Positions 53,335 through 63,195 are shown, counted from the stretch's first letter. The stretch is DNA of 64,000 nt from Myxococcota bacterium (GCA_963676915.2 CAXXVK010000064.1:29441-93440), one strand, 5' to 3'. Notes: generated by a model from the letters alone, not told the origin. A program made the numbers and translations.

Positions 53335-54302
53335 TGACCGTAGAATGCCGCTTGTGTCCCCATCGTTGTGTATTGGCTCCGAATGAGCGCGGAAAATGCA
53401 GAGTGCGATGGAACCGAAACGGCGAATTGAAAAGTCTCGTATACGGTCGTCCCTGTGCGATGCATGTCGATCCTGTCGAGAAAAAGCCGATGTTCCATTT
53501 TCGGCCCGGTTCCCGGATTTTTTCGATTGCCACCGCCGGGTGTAACCTGCGCTGCAAGTATTGTCAGAATTGGTCGATTTCCCAGGCCGACCCAGAAACC
53601 ACTCGTAATGAATATTTGCCTCCCGAGGAATTGATTCCTACGGCTTTGGCCAACCGTTGTCGTTCTATCGCCTACACCTACACGGAGCCGATTGTTTATT
53701 ACGAATACACCTTTGATTCCTGCGTGCGCGCCCATGAAGAAGGTATGGAAAACGTACTTGTTACGGCAGGTTACATTGAAGAAGCTCCGTTGAAAGAACT
53801 CCTGCCTCATGTGGATGGTGCCAACGTGGATCTGAAAGGATTTTCGGACGAATTCTATCGCGAGATGTGCGGTGGACGGCTCAAGCCGGTACTCAGAACG
53901 CTTGAAAAAATGGCCAATGCAAACATGGTGCTGGAAATTACCAACCTCGTTGTGCCAGGACACAATGACGATCCCAAAGAAATTCGGGCCATGTGTCAAT
54001 GGATCGTTCAAACCCTCGGCCCGGATATTCCCCTGCATTTTTCAAGATTTCGACCCCACAATCAGTTGCAGCGGTTGCCTCCCACACCGGCATCGAGTTT
54101 GCGCCAGGCGGCGGATATCGCCAAGGCCGAAGGAATTCGATACGTATATTTGGGAAATTTGCGTGATTCGACCTACGAAAACACCTATTGCCCCACATGC
54201 GGAGCGGTGCTTGTCGAGCGTGACGGCTTTCGCATACGAAGCAATCGCTTGAACGGTGACCAATGTCCGAAATGCCAGACCAGAATTTACGGAAGATGGT
54301 GA
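53331..54302 (+). CDS. amrS: AmmeMemoRadiSam system radical SAM enzyme
   Basis: CRLCPHRC, DPVEKKP, GCNLRCKYCQNW.ISQ, YTYTEP, NVDLK, PLHFSRF.P, TYCPTC; RBS AAGGAG. Confidence 0.92.
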   Translation: MMTVECRLCPHRCVLAPNERGKCRVRWNRNGELKSLVYGRPCAMHVDPVEKKPMFHFRPGSRIFSIATAGCNLRCKYCQNWSISQADPETTRNEYLPPEELIPTALANRCRSIAYTYTEPIVYYEYTFDSCVRAHEEGMENVLVTAGYIEEAPLKELLPHVDGANVDLKGFSDEFYREMCGGRLKPVLRTLEKMANANMVLEITNLVVPGHNDDPKEIRAMCQWIVQTLGPDIPLHFSRFRPHNQLQRLPPTPASSLRQAADIAKAEGIRYVYLGNLRDSTYENTYCPTCGAVLVERDGFRIRSNRLNGDQCPKCQTRIYGRW

Positions 54303-54505
54303 TGAAACGAATTCCGTCAGACAAGCGAAAATGTTCCTATTTTACGGTGAAGCGTAAAATCGACCTTCGGGGAAGTGGTCCGAGTATGACACGTCGAGGA
54401 TTTTTATGGGGGATCGTTGCTTTGCCGTGGCTTTTGGCTTCGAAGAGAATTGTACGAACCTCGAAACACCGCCTCTATGGTGAAGGAAAGCATTTGGCAG
54501 GGTAG
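54302..54505 (+). CDS. Small peptide with Tat-like TRRGFL motif, ending HLAG
   Basis: TGATG coupling to the rSAM stop; alternative start at 54386 (MTRRGFLWG...). Confidence 0.4.
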   Translation: MKRIPSDKRKCSYFTVKRKIDLRGSGPSMTRRGFLWGIVALPWLLASKRIVRTSKHRLYGEGKHLAG

Positions 54506-54521
54506 TTTCTCGATTTTCACA

Positions 54522-57500
54522 TTAGTGCAGTGTTCGAACCAGTCGAAAACCGATGTTATCCATCTGATATCCAGGGTTTACATCGTGTCGATTTCCAAGG
54601 CGGCATTCTGCCGCCGGACTGCGATGTGCACCTCCCCGACATATTCTCGTTTCTCCGGCACAGGAATTTCCTGCCGGGTCCGTACCCATCTGGGTGTTGT
54701 CGGAGCAATAGCTGTCCCAGACCCATTCGAACACGTTTCCACTCATATCTACCAAACCGTAATTATTGGCTTCTTTTTCTCCGGCGGGATGAGGCATCTG
54801 ACCGCTGGAGATGTCGGAGTTGGCGAAATACCAGGCGATATGCTCCAGATTCGCATCCGTATCCAACCCGGTGATGCTTCCATCGCAATTTTCGGAAAGA
54901 TGAAATGCCGAGGATGCGCCTGCTCGCGCCGCAAATTCCCATTCGGCTTCCGTCGGGAGGCGATATCCGCTACATTGCTGTGGTTTGGCAACACCATCCG
55001 TGAGGGATACGACCGCCGAGACAATGCCTCCTGCAACTCCTTCGGAATCGTAACAGGATAGATAATCGGACCCTACTTCAGTGCCATTGCGACAGGTTAC
55101 ATTTGAAAATCCATAGCATGGTGTCAGGCTGTCCACTGTGGCCGAATAAGCGTTGGCGAAAGCAAGTGCATCGTACCAGGATACGGTTTCCACAGGACAC
55201 TGGCCTGAACAGATCGTGCCGAAGCCATTCGGACCGTAGAAACTTGGATTCCAGCCCATGAGGGAGGTGTACTCGTTCTGCGTAACTTCGTGTATCTGTA
55301 TTTCGAAAAAATAACTCAGGGGAACAAAATGCAGGGTTTCGTCGTCACCTCTACCAAGCTCAGACGTACAATCTCCAGAAAGCAGCGGGCAAGGATTCTC
55401 GCCGTTAGGCGAACCCATCCAGAATCCTTCGACAGACAATGCCGTGAAGTTTTGCGAAACGCACCATCCGTCTTGATCGCAGGAGAGGTATTCCGAGCAG
55501 GAACCGCAGGAGAAGCACCCCGAAGGTGAATCGCCACATTGGCGGTTTTCGCAATCGTTTTCTACGTTTTCTGCGATGCATTGCCCCGATCCGTCGCAGT
55601 GATCGATGGTGCAAACGTCATCATCGAAGGTACACGCTTGCGTATCGGGCATGTTTCCCCAGCCGTTGATGGATTCATCGCACCATTGACAACTGTTCTC
55701 TGGATTGACTTCCGAATGCTCGTAGCAGGCATTGTCAACGAGGCAAGAATTCTCAACTTGTATATGATTGCAAGAACCATCGCCGCTGCAACGATCTTCG
55801 GTACACCATAAACTGTCATTTAGACAGGGAGTATCGGTGTCGGGATACGCCAAAGTACATTGGTCGGTTCCGTTGCAACTTCGTTTCATTCCACAGGTTT
55901 CGGGATCGCTTTCGCAGTCGATGGAGGTTCCTACACAGACACCGGAACCCGTACATTTGTCCTCGTAGGAACATAGATTGCCATCGTTACAGGATTGGTT
56001 CATCGGTTCGAATTCAAAAGAACAGGTGTGACTGACGCTACCGCAGACACGGTCGGCGCATTGTTCATCTCTACCGTTCCATTGGAGATCTGAGCAACCG
56101 AAATCGGAGATGCAATCCAGGCATTCACCCTGTCCGTCGCATTGATCCGTTTCGTCACCAGTTCCACCAATTTGACAGGCCGTGCCAATCGATAGGTTCG
56201 TAAACGAACAAGTTTGAGAAAGACATTGAGTCAGCAGGCATTCGTCGTCTTTTCCATCAGGAATTTCCGTACATCCTGCAGCGTCTATACAGTCGGTGCA
56301 ATTTCCATTGCCATCGCATTGATCGGAAAAATCAGAGGCTTCCACTCCTTCTTCCTGATCGCACATTTCCCCCCGTTCGACGAATTCGAAGGAACAGCTG
56401 TCGTTCATACAACGTGCTTCGGTACAGTCCTCATCTTTGCCGGTCCAATCAAGCTCGCTGCAACCGAAAGAATTGACACAATCGCGGCAACGACCGCTTT
56501 CGTCGCATTGGTCTGTTCCATCGCCAGTGCCGTCCGACTGACAGGTACTGGTAGTCGGAGCCAGGTTGAAAGTGCAACTCTTGCTGTTGTTGCAAACGAT
56601 TTCCGCACATTCGTCGTCACGCACACCCAATGGAAGATCCCTGCAGCCATCTAGCGAGATGCAATCCTCGCAACGGCCCGCGCCATCGCATTGGTCCGTT
56701 CCATCGCCGGTACCATCCGACTGACAGGGGGTTTCCGGGTCGTGGAAGTAAAAATGGCACTCATGGTCGATGCAACGAGCTTCGGTACATTCGTCGTCTT
56801 TGTTGAGCCAGTTTAAATCATCGCAAGCTTGAGCGTCGAGGCAGTCGAGGCAGTATCCTTCACCATCACACTGGTCTGTCTGATCTCCGATGCCGTCCTT
56901 TTGACAACGGGTTTCCGATGGAAAAGCTTGAAAAAGGCAAATATTATCAAGGCATTGTACTTGAGCGCATTCCTCGTCTTTTTCTCCCCATTGCAATTCG
57001 TTGCATCCTTCGGTCGACGTGCAATCCAGGCAACGACCTTCGGCGTCGCATTGATCGCTATCGTCTCCTTCTCCGTCGCTTTGACAGGGAATTCCTGGTG
57101 TGGCCAGGTATTTGATTTCGCAGGTAAAGCTTTGAACATTGCAGCGAAAATCTATGCACTCGGTATCTTTTTGACTCCAAAGAAGTTCATCATGACATCC
57201 CGTGCCATCGTAACAATCATGACAGATACCTTCGACGCACTGGTCATCATCCTGGCAAACAGTTCCATCTTCTACATTGATGCACTGGCCGCTTCCGTCA
57301 CAAGAACGGCATTCACCCTCGCAATTGGGACCATTTTCGCCTTCAGAAACATAATTTCCTTCGGAATTGCAACAGGTTGAGTCCGGCTGACAAATTACGC
57401 ACAACCCATCGTTACAGGTTTTCTCACTGTCTTTGCCCCCGCAGGAATTTCCGTCCTCCTGGTTGATACAGGTACCTTCACCGTTACAAGCTCGGCATTC

Positions 57501-58052
57501 CCCATCGCAATTGGGACCGCTTTCATTCTCTTGGACGAATTCGCCCTCTTCGTCGCAGCACGTGGACTCGGGTACGCAGGCGAGGCATTTTCCATCCATA
57601 CAACTTCGTGTAACCTCGCACATGCTGCCGTCATCACGCAGGATGCATTCGCCTTTGCCGTCGCATTGATAGCAGGGGTCCGTGCATTCGGAGCCGTACT
57701 GTCCGGCGGCAACATATTCACCTTCCGACGTGCAGCAAGTGGAACGAGGTACGCAACGATACAACGTTGTATCATCCTGATTTTCGGCGTTTTCTCCCTG
57801 ATTGTCGGAGTCATCGTCCCCGGCTGGAACGCACAAGCCATCCAAACAAGTCAATCCTGCGTGGCAGTCATGGTCCTTACTGCATTCCGTACCTTCTTCG
57901 GCAAAAGTTTCCAGCTCGTACATATCGCAGGCAGAAACGGTAAACCCAACGGCATAAACGAAGAAAGAAACCAAAAATTTCCGTATCCACGTGTCGTTGT
58001 TTTGTTTTGTAAAGAAATATCTCAGAACCATCGGTGCCGCCTCCGTTACCAC
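54522..58052 (-). CDS. Cys-rich repeat lipoprotein with C-terminal FGE-sulfatase (SUMF1) domain
   Basis: Lipobox VSAC; F.MGS, EVTQ, PVE.VSW.DA, YRLPTEAEWE.AAR, GL.DMSGNV.EW, GFRLVR; 3 + 6 internal Cys repeats. Confidence 0.88.
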   Translation of the reverse strand: MVTEAAPMVLRYFFTKQNNDTWIRKFLVSFFVYAVGFTVSACDMYELETFAEEGTECSKDHDCHAGLTCLDGLCVPAGDDDSDNQGENAENQDDTTLYRCVPRSTCCTSEGEYVAAGQYGSECTDPCYQCDGKGECILRDDGSMCEVTRSCMDGKCLACVPESTCCDEEGEFVQENESGPNCDGECRACNGEGTCINQEDGNSCGGKDSEKTCNDGLCVICQPDSTCCNSEGNYVSEGENGPNCEGECRSCDGSGQCINVEDGTVCQDDDQCVEGICHDCYDGTGCHDELLWSQKDTECIDFRCNVQSFTCEIKYLATPGIPCQSDGEGDDSDQCDAEGRCLDCTSTEGCNELQWGEKDEECAQVQCLDNICLFQAFPSETRCQKDGIGDQTDQCDGEGYCLDCLDAQACDDLNWLNKDDECTEARCIDHECHFYFHDPETPCQSDGTGDGTDQCDGAGRCEDCISLDGCRDLPLGVRDDECAEIVCNNSKSCTFNLAPTTSTCQSDGTGDGTDQCDESGRCRDCVNSFGCSELDWTGKDEDCTEARCMNDSCSFEFVERGEMCDQEEGVEASDFSDQCDGNGNCTDCIDAAGCTEIPDGKDDECLLTQCLSQTCSFTNLSIGTACQIGGTGDETDQCDGQGECLDCISDFGCSDLQWNGRDEQCADRVCGSVSHTCSFEFEPMNQSCNDGNLCSYEDKCTGSGVCVGTSIDCESDPETCGMKRSCNGTDQCTLAYPDTDTPCLNDSLWCTEDRCSGDGSCNHIQVENSCLVDNACYEHSEVNPENSCQWCDESINGWGNMPDTQACTFDDDVCTIDHCDGSGQCIAENVENDCENRQCGDSPSGCFSCGSCSEYLSCDQDGWCVSQNFTALSVEGFWMGSPNGENPCPLLSGDCTSELGRGDDETLHFVPLSYFFEIQIHEVTQNEYTSLMGWNPSFYGPNGFGTICSGQCPVETVSWYDALAFANAYSATVDSLTPCYGFSNVTCRNGTEVGSDYLSCYDSEGVAGGIVSAVVSLTDGVAKPQQCSGYRLPTEAEWEFAARAGASSAFHLSENCDGSITGLDTDANLEHIAWYFANSDISSGQMPHPAGEKEANNYGLVDMSGNVFEWVWDSYCSDNTQMGTDPAGNSCAGETRICRGGAHRSPAAECRLGNRHDVNPGYQMDNIGFRLVRTLH

Positions 58053-58966
58053 CGTTTCGAAAGTCCCACTGTCACTCCTTGATCATGCGGGACGAATCCA
58101 ACGCTCACAGTATCGGAAGAAGAACCTGGTCCCGGATCGACAATCCAGAGAATGATTCCTGTGAGCATCAACGCGCCTCCTGCAGCATATGAAGCGATAT
58201 TGACGGTTTTCCATGTCTCGAAGGAATTTTTCGAGGATTCGTTTGCCGCACGCGAATCCTCGAAAGCACTTTTTTCATCGAGCATTTTCCAGTGAGCGAC
58301 ACCTCCAGCGGCAGCCACAGCCAAGCCGGTGAAAAAAGTGGTATAGGCAGCAATGCTGTACCCACTCCTCGATCGTTCGGAAGATTCAATCACGGACCCA
58401 TCTGCATTGAGAGATTCATCGTCGGAACGGCCCATCATGAGGAACGAACCGGACCCGTCACCAAACAATTCCGCAGCCATTTCCGGGAGGTTGTCGATCA
58501 GGTATTCCACTCCTCCTTTGACTTTGCGGCTGGTTCGCTTGATGACTTCCGCTTTGCGTACATTTATGCGGCGCAGGTTTAAAATCCAATACGTACCAAC
58601 CCGATCCAGATCCCCCGAAATCGTTTCAGGGACTCCCAATGCCGCTCCGATTTCCGCCATACAGGAAACCGAACCGTCTACACCGCAACGTTGCTGAAGC
58701 TCGACACCCTGTAGAATCATTTTTACATCGGCGTCGGAAATGACTTTTAGCCCGGAACGTTTTTCGACTTCCGTGGCCAGATAAGCGGATAATGAGTTGG
58801 TATAACGCAATGCCGCCTTGGATTTGGCTTCGATTTGCCAGACAACGATACCTTCACGATTGTCCGATTCTGCAAAAACTGGCGAAATTGTCATGAAAAG
58901 GAAGACAAAAAAACAAAATTTGATAAAAGCCGACAAAACTACGTACGATTTACTCGTCCCGTTCAT
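58046..58966 (-). CDS. Secreted hypothetical protein (TolB-N/CsgG-like N-domain, hydrophobic C-terminal tail)
   Basis: Signal peptide, C....C.AEIG.ALG....SG.L.RVG, two hydrophobic helices; overlaps the downstream gene. Confidence 0.6.
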   Translation of the reverse strand: MNGTSKSYVVLSAFIKFCFFVFLFMTISPVFAESDNREGIVVWQIEAKSKAALRYTNSLSAYLATEVEKRSGLKVISDADVKMILQGVELQQRCGVDGSVSCMAEIGAALGVPETISGDLDRVGTYWILNLRRINVRKAEVIKRTSRKVKGGVEYLIDNLPEMAAELFGDGSGSFLMMGRSDDESLNADGSVIESSERSRSGYSIAAYTTFFTGLAVAAAGGVAHWKMLDEKSAFEDSRAANESSKNSFETWKTVNIASYAAGGALMLTGIILWIVDPGPGSSSDTVSVGFVPHDQGVTVGLSKRW

Positions 58967-59416
58967 TTTGAAATTCCGTATTTCAGACTGCGAAGGAATA
59001 ATAGCGTCACATCAAAACGAAGATTAGTTCCTTTTTATTGATAACTCAAGGAATAAAACCAACATCCCTGATATTGAAATGTATTGACCAATACAGGAAA
59101 AAGTACTGTTCCATAAAGGACTTCAATAAAATCATGCCAGTTTCATTTCAGATCATTTCGCAATTTTCCTTTTAAACGATCCGTTGACAAGCCAATTTCC
59201 TGTTTCCAATAGTTCATTGGAAATTTGAAGGTGCACAGGCACCCAAATAGAGAAAAAAGTTGCGCCTTTTGCTCTTGGGTGGTTAATTATCCAAGTAGTT
59301 TTATTAAATGAACCGTAATTGTTGAAAATGCATGATGATCTCGAAAACCATTGAATTTTAGGCAGGTTTTCGAGCGTTGCGTATCCGATGCGGTGCTTGT
59401 GCGAGTACGAAAAACG

Positions 59417-59920
59417 ATGATGGTGGTCATTCGTAAGGCAAAAGATGACGATATCGATGCGATTACGTCGCTATGGGAAGAGTTGATGAATTTCCATGCG
59501 CATCTCGATCCGATTTTCTGTCCTTCACCTTCGGGAAAAGAGCATTACGCCTTATGGCTGGAGCGCAATCTTCATCAAGAGGACTCCATCGTCCTGGTCG
59601 CCGAGCACAAAGGGGTGATCGTCGGTTTCGTGTTGGCTCACTATCGTCACTTGCCACCTGTGATTCTCCACCGAGACATCGGCTTTATCTCGGATATGGC
59701 GATTTCCGAACAATTCCGCAACCATGGGATTGGGCGACAGCTCTATGGACGTGCTGAAGACATGCTGCGAAGTCTGGGGGCAACTCGTATCGAACTGAAA
59801 ACTTCGACCCTCAACCCGCTGTCCAACCATTTCTGGGAAGATGTCTGCGGTTTCAAGGAATTCGTCAAATACCGCTACAAAGAATTCGATACCGATACGA
59901 AAACCGGCGAAAAAGATTAA
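59417..59920 (+). CDS. GNAT family N-acetyltransferase
   Basis: IRKA..DD, VAE..G.IVGF, FRNHGIGRQL acetyl-CoA motif. Confidence 0.85.
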   Translation: MMVVIRKAKDDDIDAITSLWEELMNFHAHLDPIFCPSPSGKEHYALWLERNLHQEDSIVLVAEHKGVIVGFVLAHYRHLPPVILHRDIGFISDMAISEQFRNHGIGRQLYGRAEDMLRSLGATRIELKTSTLNPLSNHFWEDVCGFKEFVKYRYKEFDTDTKTGEKD

Positions 59921-60032
59921 CAGCGCACTTTCGTAGATCACGGCCTCGAATTCTGTCCGTTTCCCTTGATTTCCCGTACGAAAACCCGCAATATGCAAGC
60001 GGAAACCATCACCCGAGACGCATTCAGGGATC

Positions 60033-61514
60033 ATGAAACCGACTCGTGCGCCACATTGTACCTTTTTACGACTTCCTCCCTATTATGGGATGTTCGTATC
60101 GCATCCTCAGGAAAAACAGCTTCCTTTGTCGATGGCCAGTTGTGCGGCGCTTTTGGAAGAGCAGGGGTGGACCGTAGAAGTGTTGGACCTCTGGGCCAAA
60201 GAGGAACCTCAAAACCTGTTGCTTGAACGGCTGATTGGTTTGGATACCGACGTATTCGTCGTGCAAGTCGATTCGATGAATCGAGACGTAATGCTCGATG
60301 TCATCGCCCAACTGAAAGACCGAAAAGAACCTCCCTATCGTCTCGTGGCAATGGGGCAATATGCCGATGTTTTTCCCGAACAGTTGGTCGGTCCGTCGGG
60401 GCCGTTCGATGCCTGCGTGATCGGCGAGCCGGAACGAAGTCTGGCCGAACTTTTACAGATCATGAAAAACGGGGAAACCTATGGTCGCGCTCAAGGCGTG
60501 GCCTGGTGCGAGCCGGTAGGACGCACATTCGTGCGCAACGAGGATCGACCGCTTCTCGATAACCCCGACGACTTGCCATTGCCGGCTTACCACCTATTCG
60601 ATCTGGATGCGTATGCCAAGCAATCGGCCTTCGTGCCTATTCACGGCCCTGTTCGCTGGGGGTGGATTCTCAGTAGCCGGGGATGTCCTTTCGGGTGCCT
60701 GTTTTGTTCGCCGACCTTGCGGAAATCCCACGGAAAAGCCTACCGTGTGCATTCCGTCGAGCGGGTGTTGGATATGGTGGAAACGCTGGTGCGTGATTTC
60801 GGCTGCAATGCGCTGGCTTTCGAAGACGACGTGTTCAGTCTTGATAAAAAGCGTATCAAGGCTATCTGCCGGGGGATGATCGACCGGAAATTGGACGTTT
60901 TCTGGACCGCTCAGACGCACCTTGGCACTTTGGATGACGAGCTGATCGAATGCCTTTACGAGGCGGGATGTCGTGGGCTGTGCATGGGGATCGAATCCGG
61001 CGACGATGCTTTGCGCGATAAAATCAAAGGCGGGTCTTTACCGCGTGAAAAACTGCTGAAAAACGTGTCGAAACTGCATGAAACAGGCATAAATCTTACA
61101 TTGTATTTCATGATCGGTATTCCGGGAGAAACGCTGGAACAGATGCAAAAAACCTTGGATCTGGCGCTCGAACTCCGTCCGATGATGATTCAACTGGCCT
61201 ATTTCACCCCCTATCCGGGATCACGTGCCTGGGACGAATACGTTTCGCCCGAAATGGAAGGCTCTGACGTATCGCATTACAATCGTTTCGAGATCAACCT
61301 GACGAAAGTTTCCACGGACGATGTTCGGCGGTTTTTCCGGCATTTTTACCGGCGTTTCTATCTCAATCCGGGATTTCTCTGGCGTTATGCTACCCGCCGC
61401 CTGCCGTACTCGATCCGTCAGAGTGAAGGCAAGGAATGGAAACTGCTGTTCCGTGCGGCGATGTTCTTCGCAAGTCCCGTTACCAGCTTCAAGCGTTCGA
61501 AATTGTGGAAGTAG
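60033..61514 (+). CDS. B12-binding-domain radical SAM protein
   Basis: GE.E, LP.PAY, SRGCPFGCLFC, FEDD.F, GIESG, FMIG.PGET, TPYPGS. Confidence 0.9.
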   Translation: MKPTRAPHCTFLRLPPYYGMFVSHPQEKQLPLSMASCAALLEEQGWTVEVLDLWAKEEPQNLLLERLIGLDTDVFVVQVDSMNRDVMLDVIAQLKDRKEPPYRLVAMGQYADVFPEQLVGPSGPFDACVIGEPERSLAELLQIMKNGETYGRAQGVAWCEPVGRTFVRNEDRPLLDNPDDLPLPAYHLFDLDAYAKQSAFVPIHGPVRWGWILSSRGCPFGCLFCSPTLRKSHGKAYRVHSVERVLDMVETLVRDFGCNALAFEDDVFSLDKKRIKAICRGMIDRKLDVFWTAQTHLGTLDDELIECLYEAGCRGLCMGIESGDDALRDKIKGGSLPREKLLKNVSKLHETGINLTLYFMIGIPGETLEQMQKTLDLALELRPMMIQLAYFTPYPGSRAWDEYVSPEMEGSDVSHYNRFEINLTKVSTDDVRRFFRHFYRRFYLNPGFLWRYATRRLPYSIRQSEGKEWKLLFRAAMFFASPVTSFKRSKLWK

Positions 61515-61534
61515 AGATTTTAAACGGCAATCAA

Positions 61535-61599
61535 GTAGGTCGGGCAAATTTCTTGCCCGACATCTCCAATGTGTCGGGCAAGAAATTTGCCCGACCTAC
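61535..61599. repeat. GTAG-family REP doublet between convergent genes
   Basis: GTAGGTCGGGCAAATTTCTTGCCCGACA ... TGTCGGGCAAGAAATTTGCCCGACCTAC, a perfect inverted pair. Confidence 0.85.
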
Positions 61600-61638
61600 A
61601 TAAGTCTCTGAAAAGATTGTTAAAAAGCTAGTTTGATC

Positions 61639-63195
61639 TCAATCGAGCGGTGGAACGATACATTGCCCGTTCGAGCATGTGTAGCCTTCCATACAGGCGG
61701 ATTCGGGAAGCACATTGCCGCAAGCATCGACTCTGGCAGGAAAATCCCCATCGCAGATCGGCAATGAAAATCGATCGCATTCGAGACAAATCGGTAAAAA
61801 TCCCAAACCGGCGGCTCCGTCGTTGCAGTCTGCGTACATTCCGAACGATTCACCATCGAAGGCGCAGTGCTCTATCGTGTTTCCGTTACCTCGAAATTGC
61901 GTGACCGGCAGGCAATAAGGCTCTTCCATTTCTTCTGGAAGATTTTGCAAAAGATCGAGCAGCAACAGGTGTCCCGTGTCGGGATGATGGAGCAGAAAGA
62001 CATCTTCGTTGACGAAACGACTGGTGGTGTTGAATGTTGTAAACGGTAGGGAAGGGGTGTCGAAAAGATGATGGAACGATGCGACGGAAGTTTCGTGTAA
62101 ATCGGTTAATTCTCCAGCAATTTCGAGTCGTTGGCTGTCGTGCACGAGGATATGAAGTTCCAGCGTTTCTCCATATGCGTTGAAGTAATAATTACAACCT
62201 TCGTCGTCTCCACACGCATCGGTAAATCGTCGTTTAAATTCTAGATTGTTGGAATCCAATTTGTAAATAAAGCAATCGTCGGTTCCGGCTGGATGAAGAA
62301 CGATGTATTTCTTAACGAGATCGAAGCGCAAAGGAGCTGCTTCGGTGTCGAGACTGAGCATCAAATCGCCTCGCCAATCGTAGACCCTGAAAAAAGCGTC
62401 GGTTTCTCCGAGGTTTTCTGCTGCAACGATCAGGGAGTCTGTGACGGAAAGCCTTTCGGCGCCTCGTTCCAGTGTAAGAACATTTTCGGCTTTCTCGCTG
62501 AAACAGCGCAGACCATTTCCTTGTGTCAGGCAAAAGCGACCGCTTGGAGCGGCGACCATGCCATCGGCCACGACGGGAAAGCTCCAGCGGGTTTCTCCAC
62601 TGGGCTTCATTCGGGTTACACTATCGTTCGCCAACAGCAGAAAATCGCGAGGTTCGATACCGCGTGCGGCAATAACAGGCCCATCGTAACCATCGAAAAT
62701 CGTAGAATGTTCTATGGACCTGGGTAAGCGAGTCAATCCGGAAAGAACCGTAAAACGGCATGATTTGTCATCGGCACTACAGGTTTCGAGCAAAGCTCCT
62801 TTTTCGTTCACGGTGAGAATTCGTGTTGTTGTACCGTCGTCCGGGATGGAATCCGCCGCCCAATGTTGCATCAAAATGCCATCGGAATCGTAAAAAAAGG
62901 CAAAGGGATTTCCATCTCCCACGACAAGGTAGTTACCTGGAAGCCATTGTACGGGCAGATAGTTCGACAACTCCGAGCGTGGATTTTCCAGAGATGCCAG
63001 CGGAGGACGCCAGCGGACGAAATGCAGCGATGCGTCGTCCAAGGGGGAGGCGTCACCCAACGCAGGACGACAACCGCTTGCCCAAAAGGTCAGTGAAACG
63101 ACGAACCCGATAAACGAAAGGACGAAGCAAGAAACCGGCATTTTCCCGCAGGGATGTCTTTCAGGATTTACGGGAATTTTTGCGGATCTTGTCAT
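61639..63195 (-). CDS. Hypothetical lipoprotein (possible beta-propeller, Cys-rich C-terminus)
   Basis: Long ORF, lipobox-like ASGC, C-terminal DACG...C..GY.C.NG.C; true start uncertain. Confidence 0.55.
   Translation of the reverse strand: MTRSAKIPVNPERHPCGKMPVSCFVLSFIGFVVSLTFWASGCRPALGDASPLDDASLHFVRWRPPLASLENPRSELSNYLPVQWLPGNYLVVGDGNPFAFFYDSDGILMQHWAADSIPDDGTTTRILTVNEKGALLETCSADDKSCRFTVLSGLTRLPRSIEHSTIFDGYDGPVIAARGIEPRDFLLLANDSVTRMKPSGETRWSFPVVADGMVAAPSGRFCLTQGNGLRCFSEKAENVLTLERGAERLSVTDSLIVAAENLGETDAFFRVYDWRGDLMLSLDTEAAPLRFDLVKKYIVLHPAGTDDCFIYKLDSNNLEFKRRFTDACGDDEGCNYYFNAYGETLELHILVHDSQRLEIAGELTDLHETSVASFHHLFDTPSLPFTTFNTTSRFVNEDVFLLHHPDTGHLLLLDLLQNLPEEMEEPYCLPVTQFRGNGNTIEHCAFDGESFGMYADCNDGAAGLGFLPICLECDRFSLPICDGDFPARVDACGNVLPESACMEGYTCSNGQCIVPPLD

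Noticed and set aside
54522-54720. Diversity-generating retroelement target (FGE/CLec C-terminus)
   Set aside because: No reverse transcriptase or template repeat seen in the window; trans-targeting cannot be excluded.
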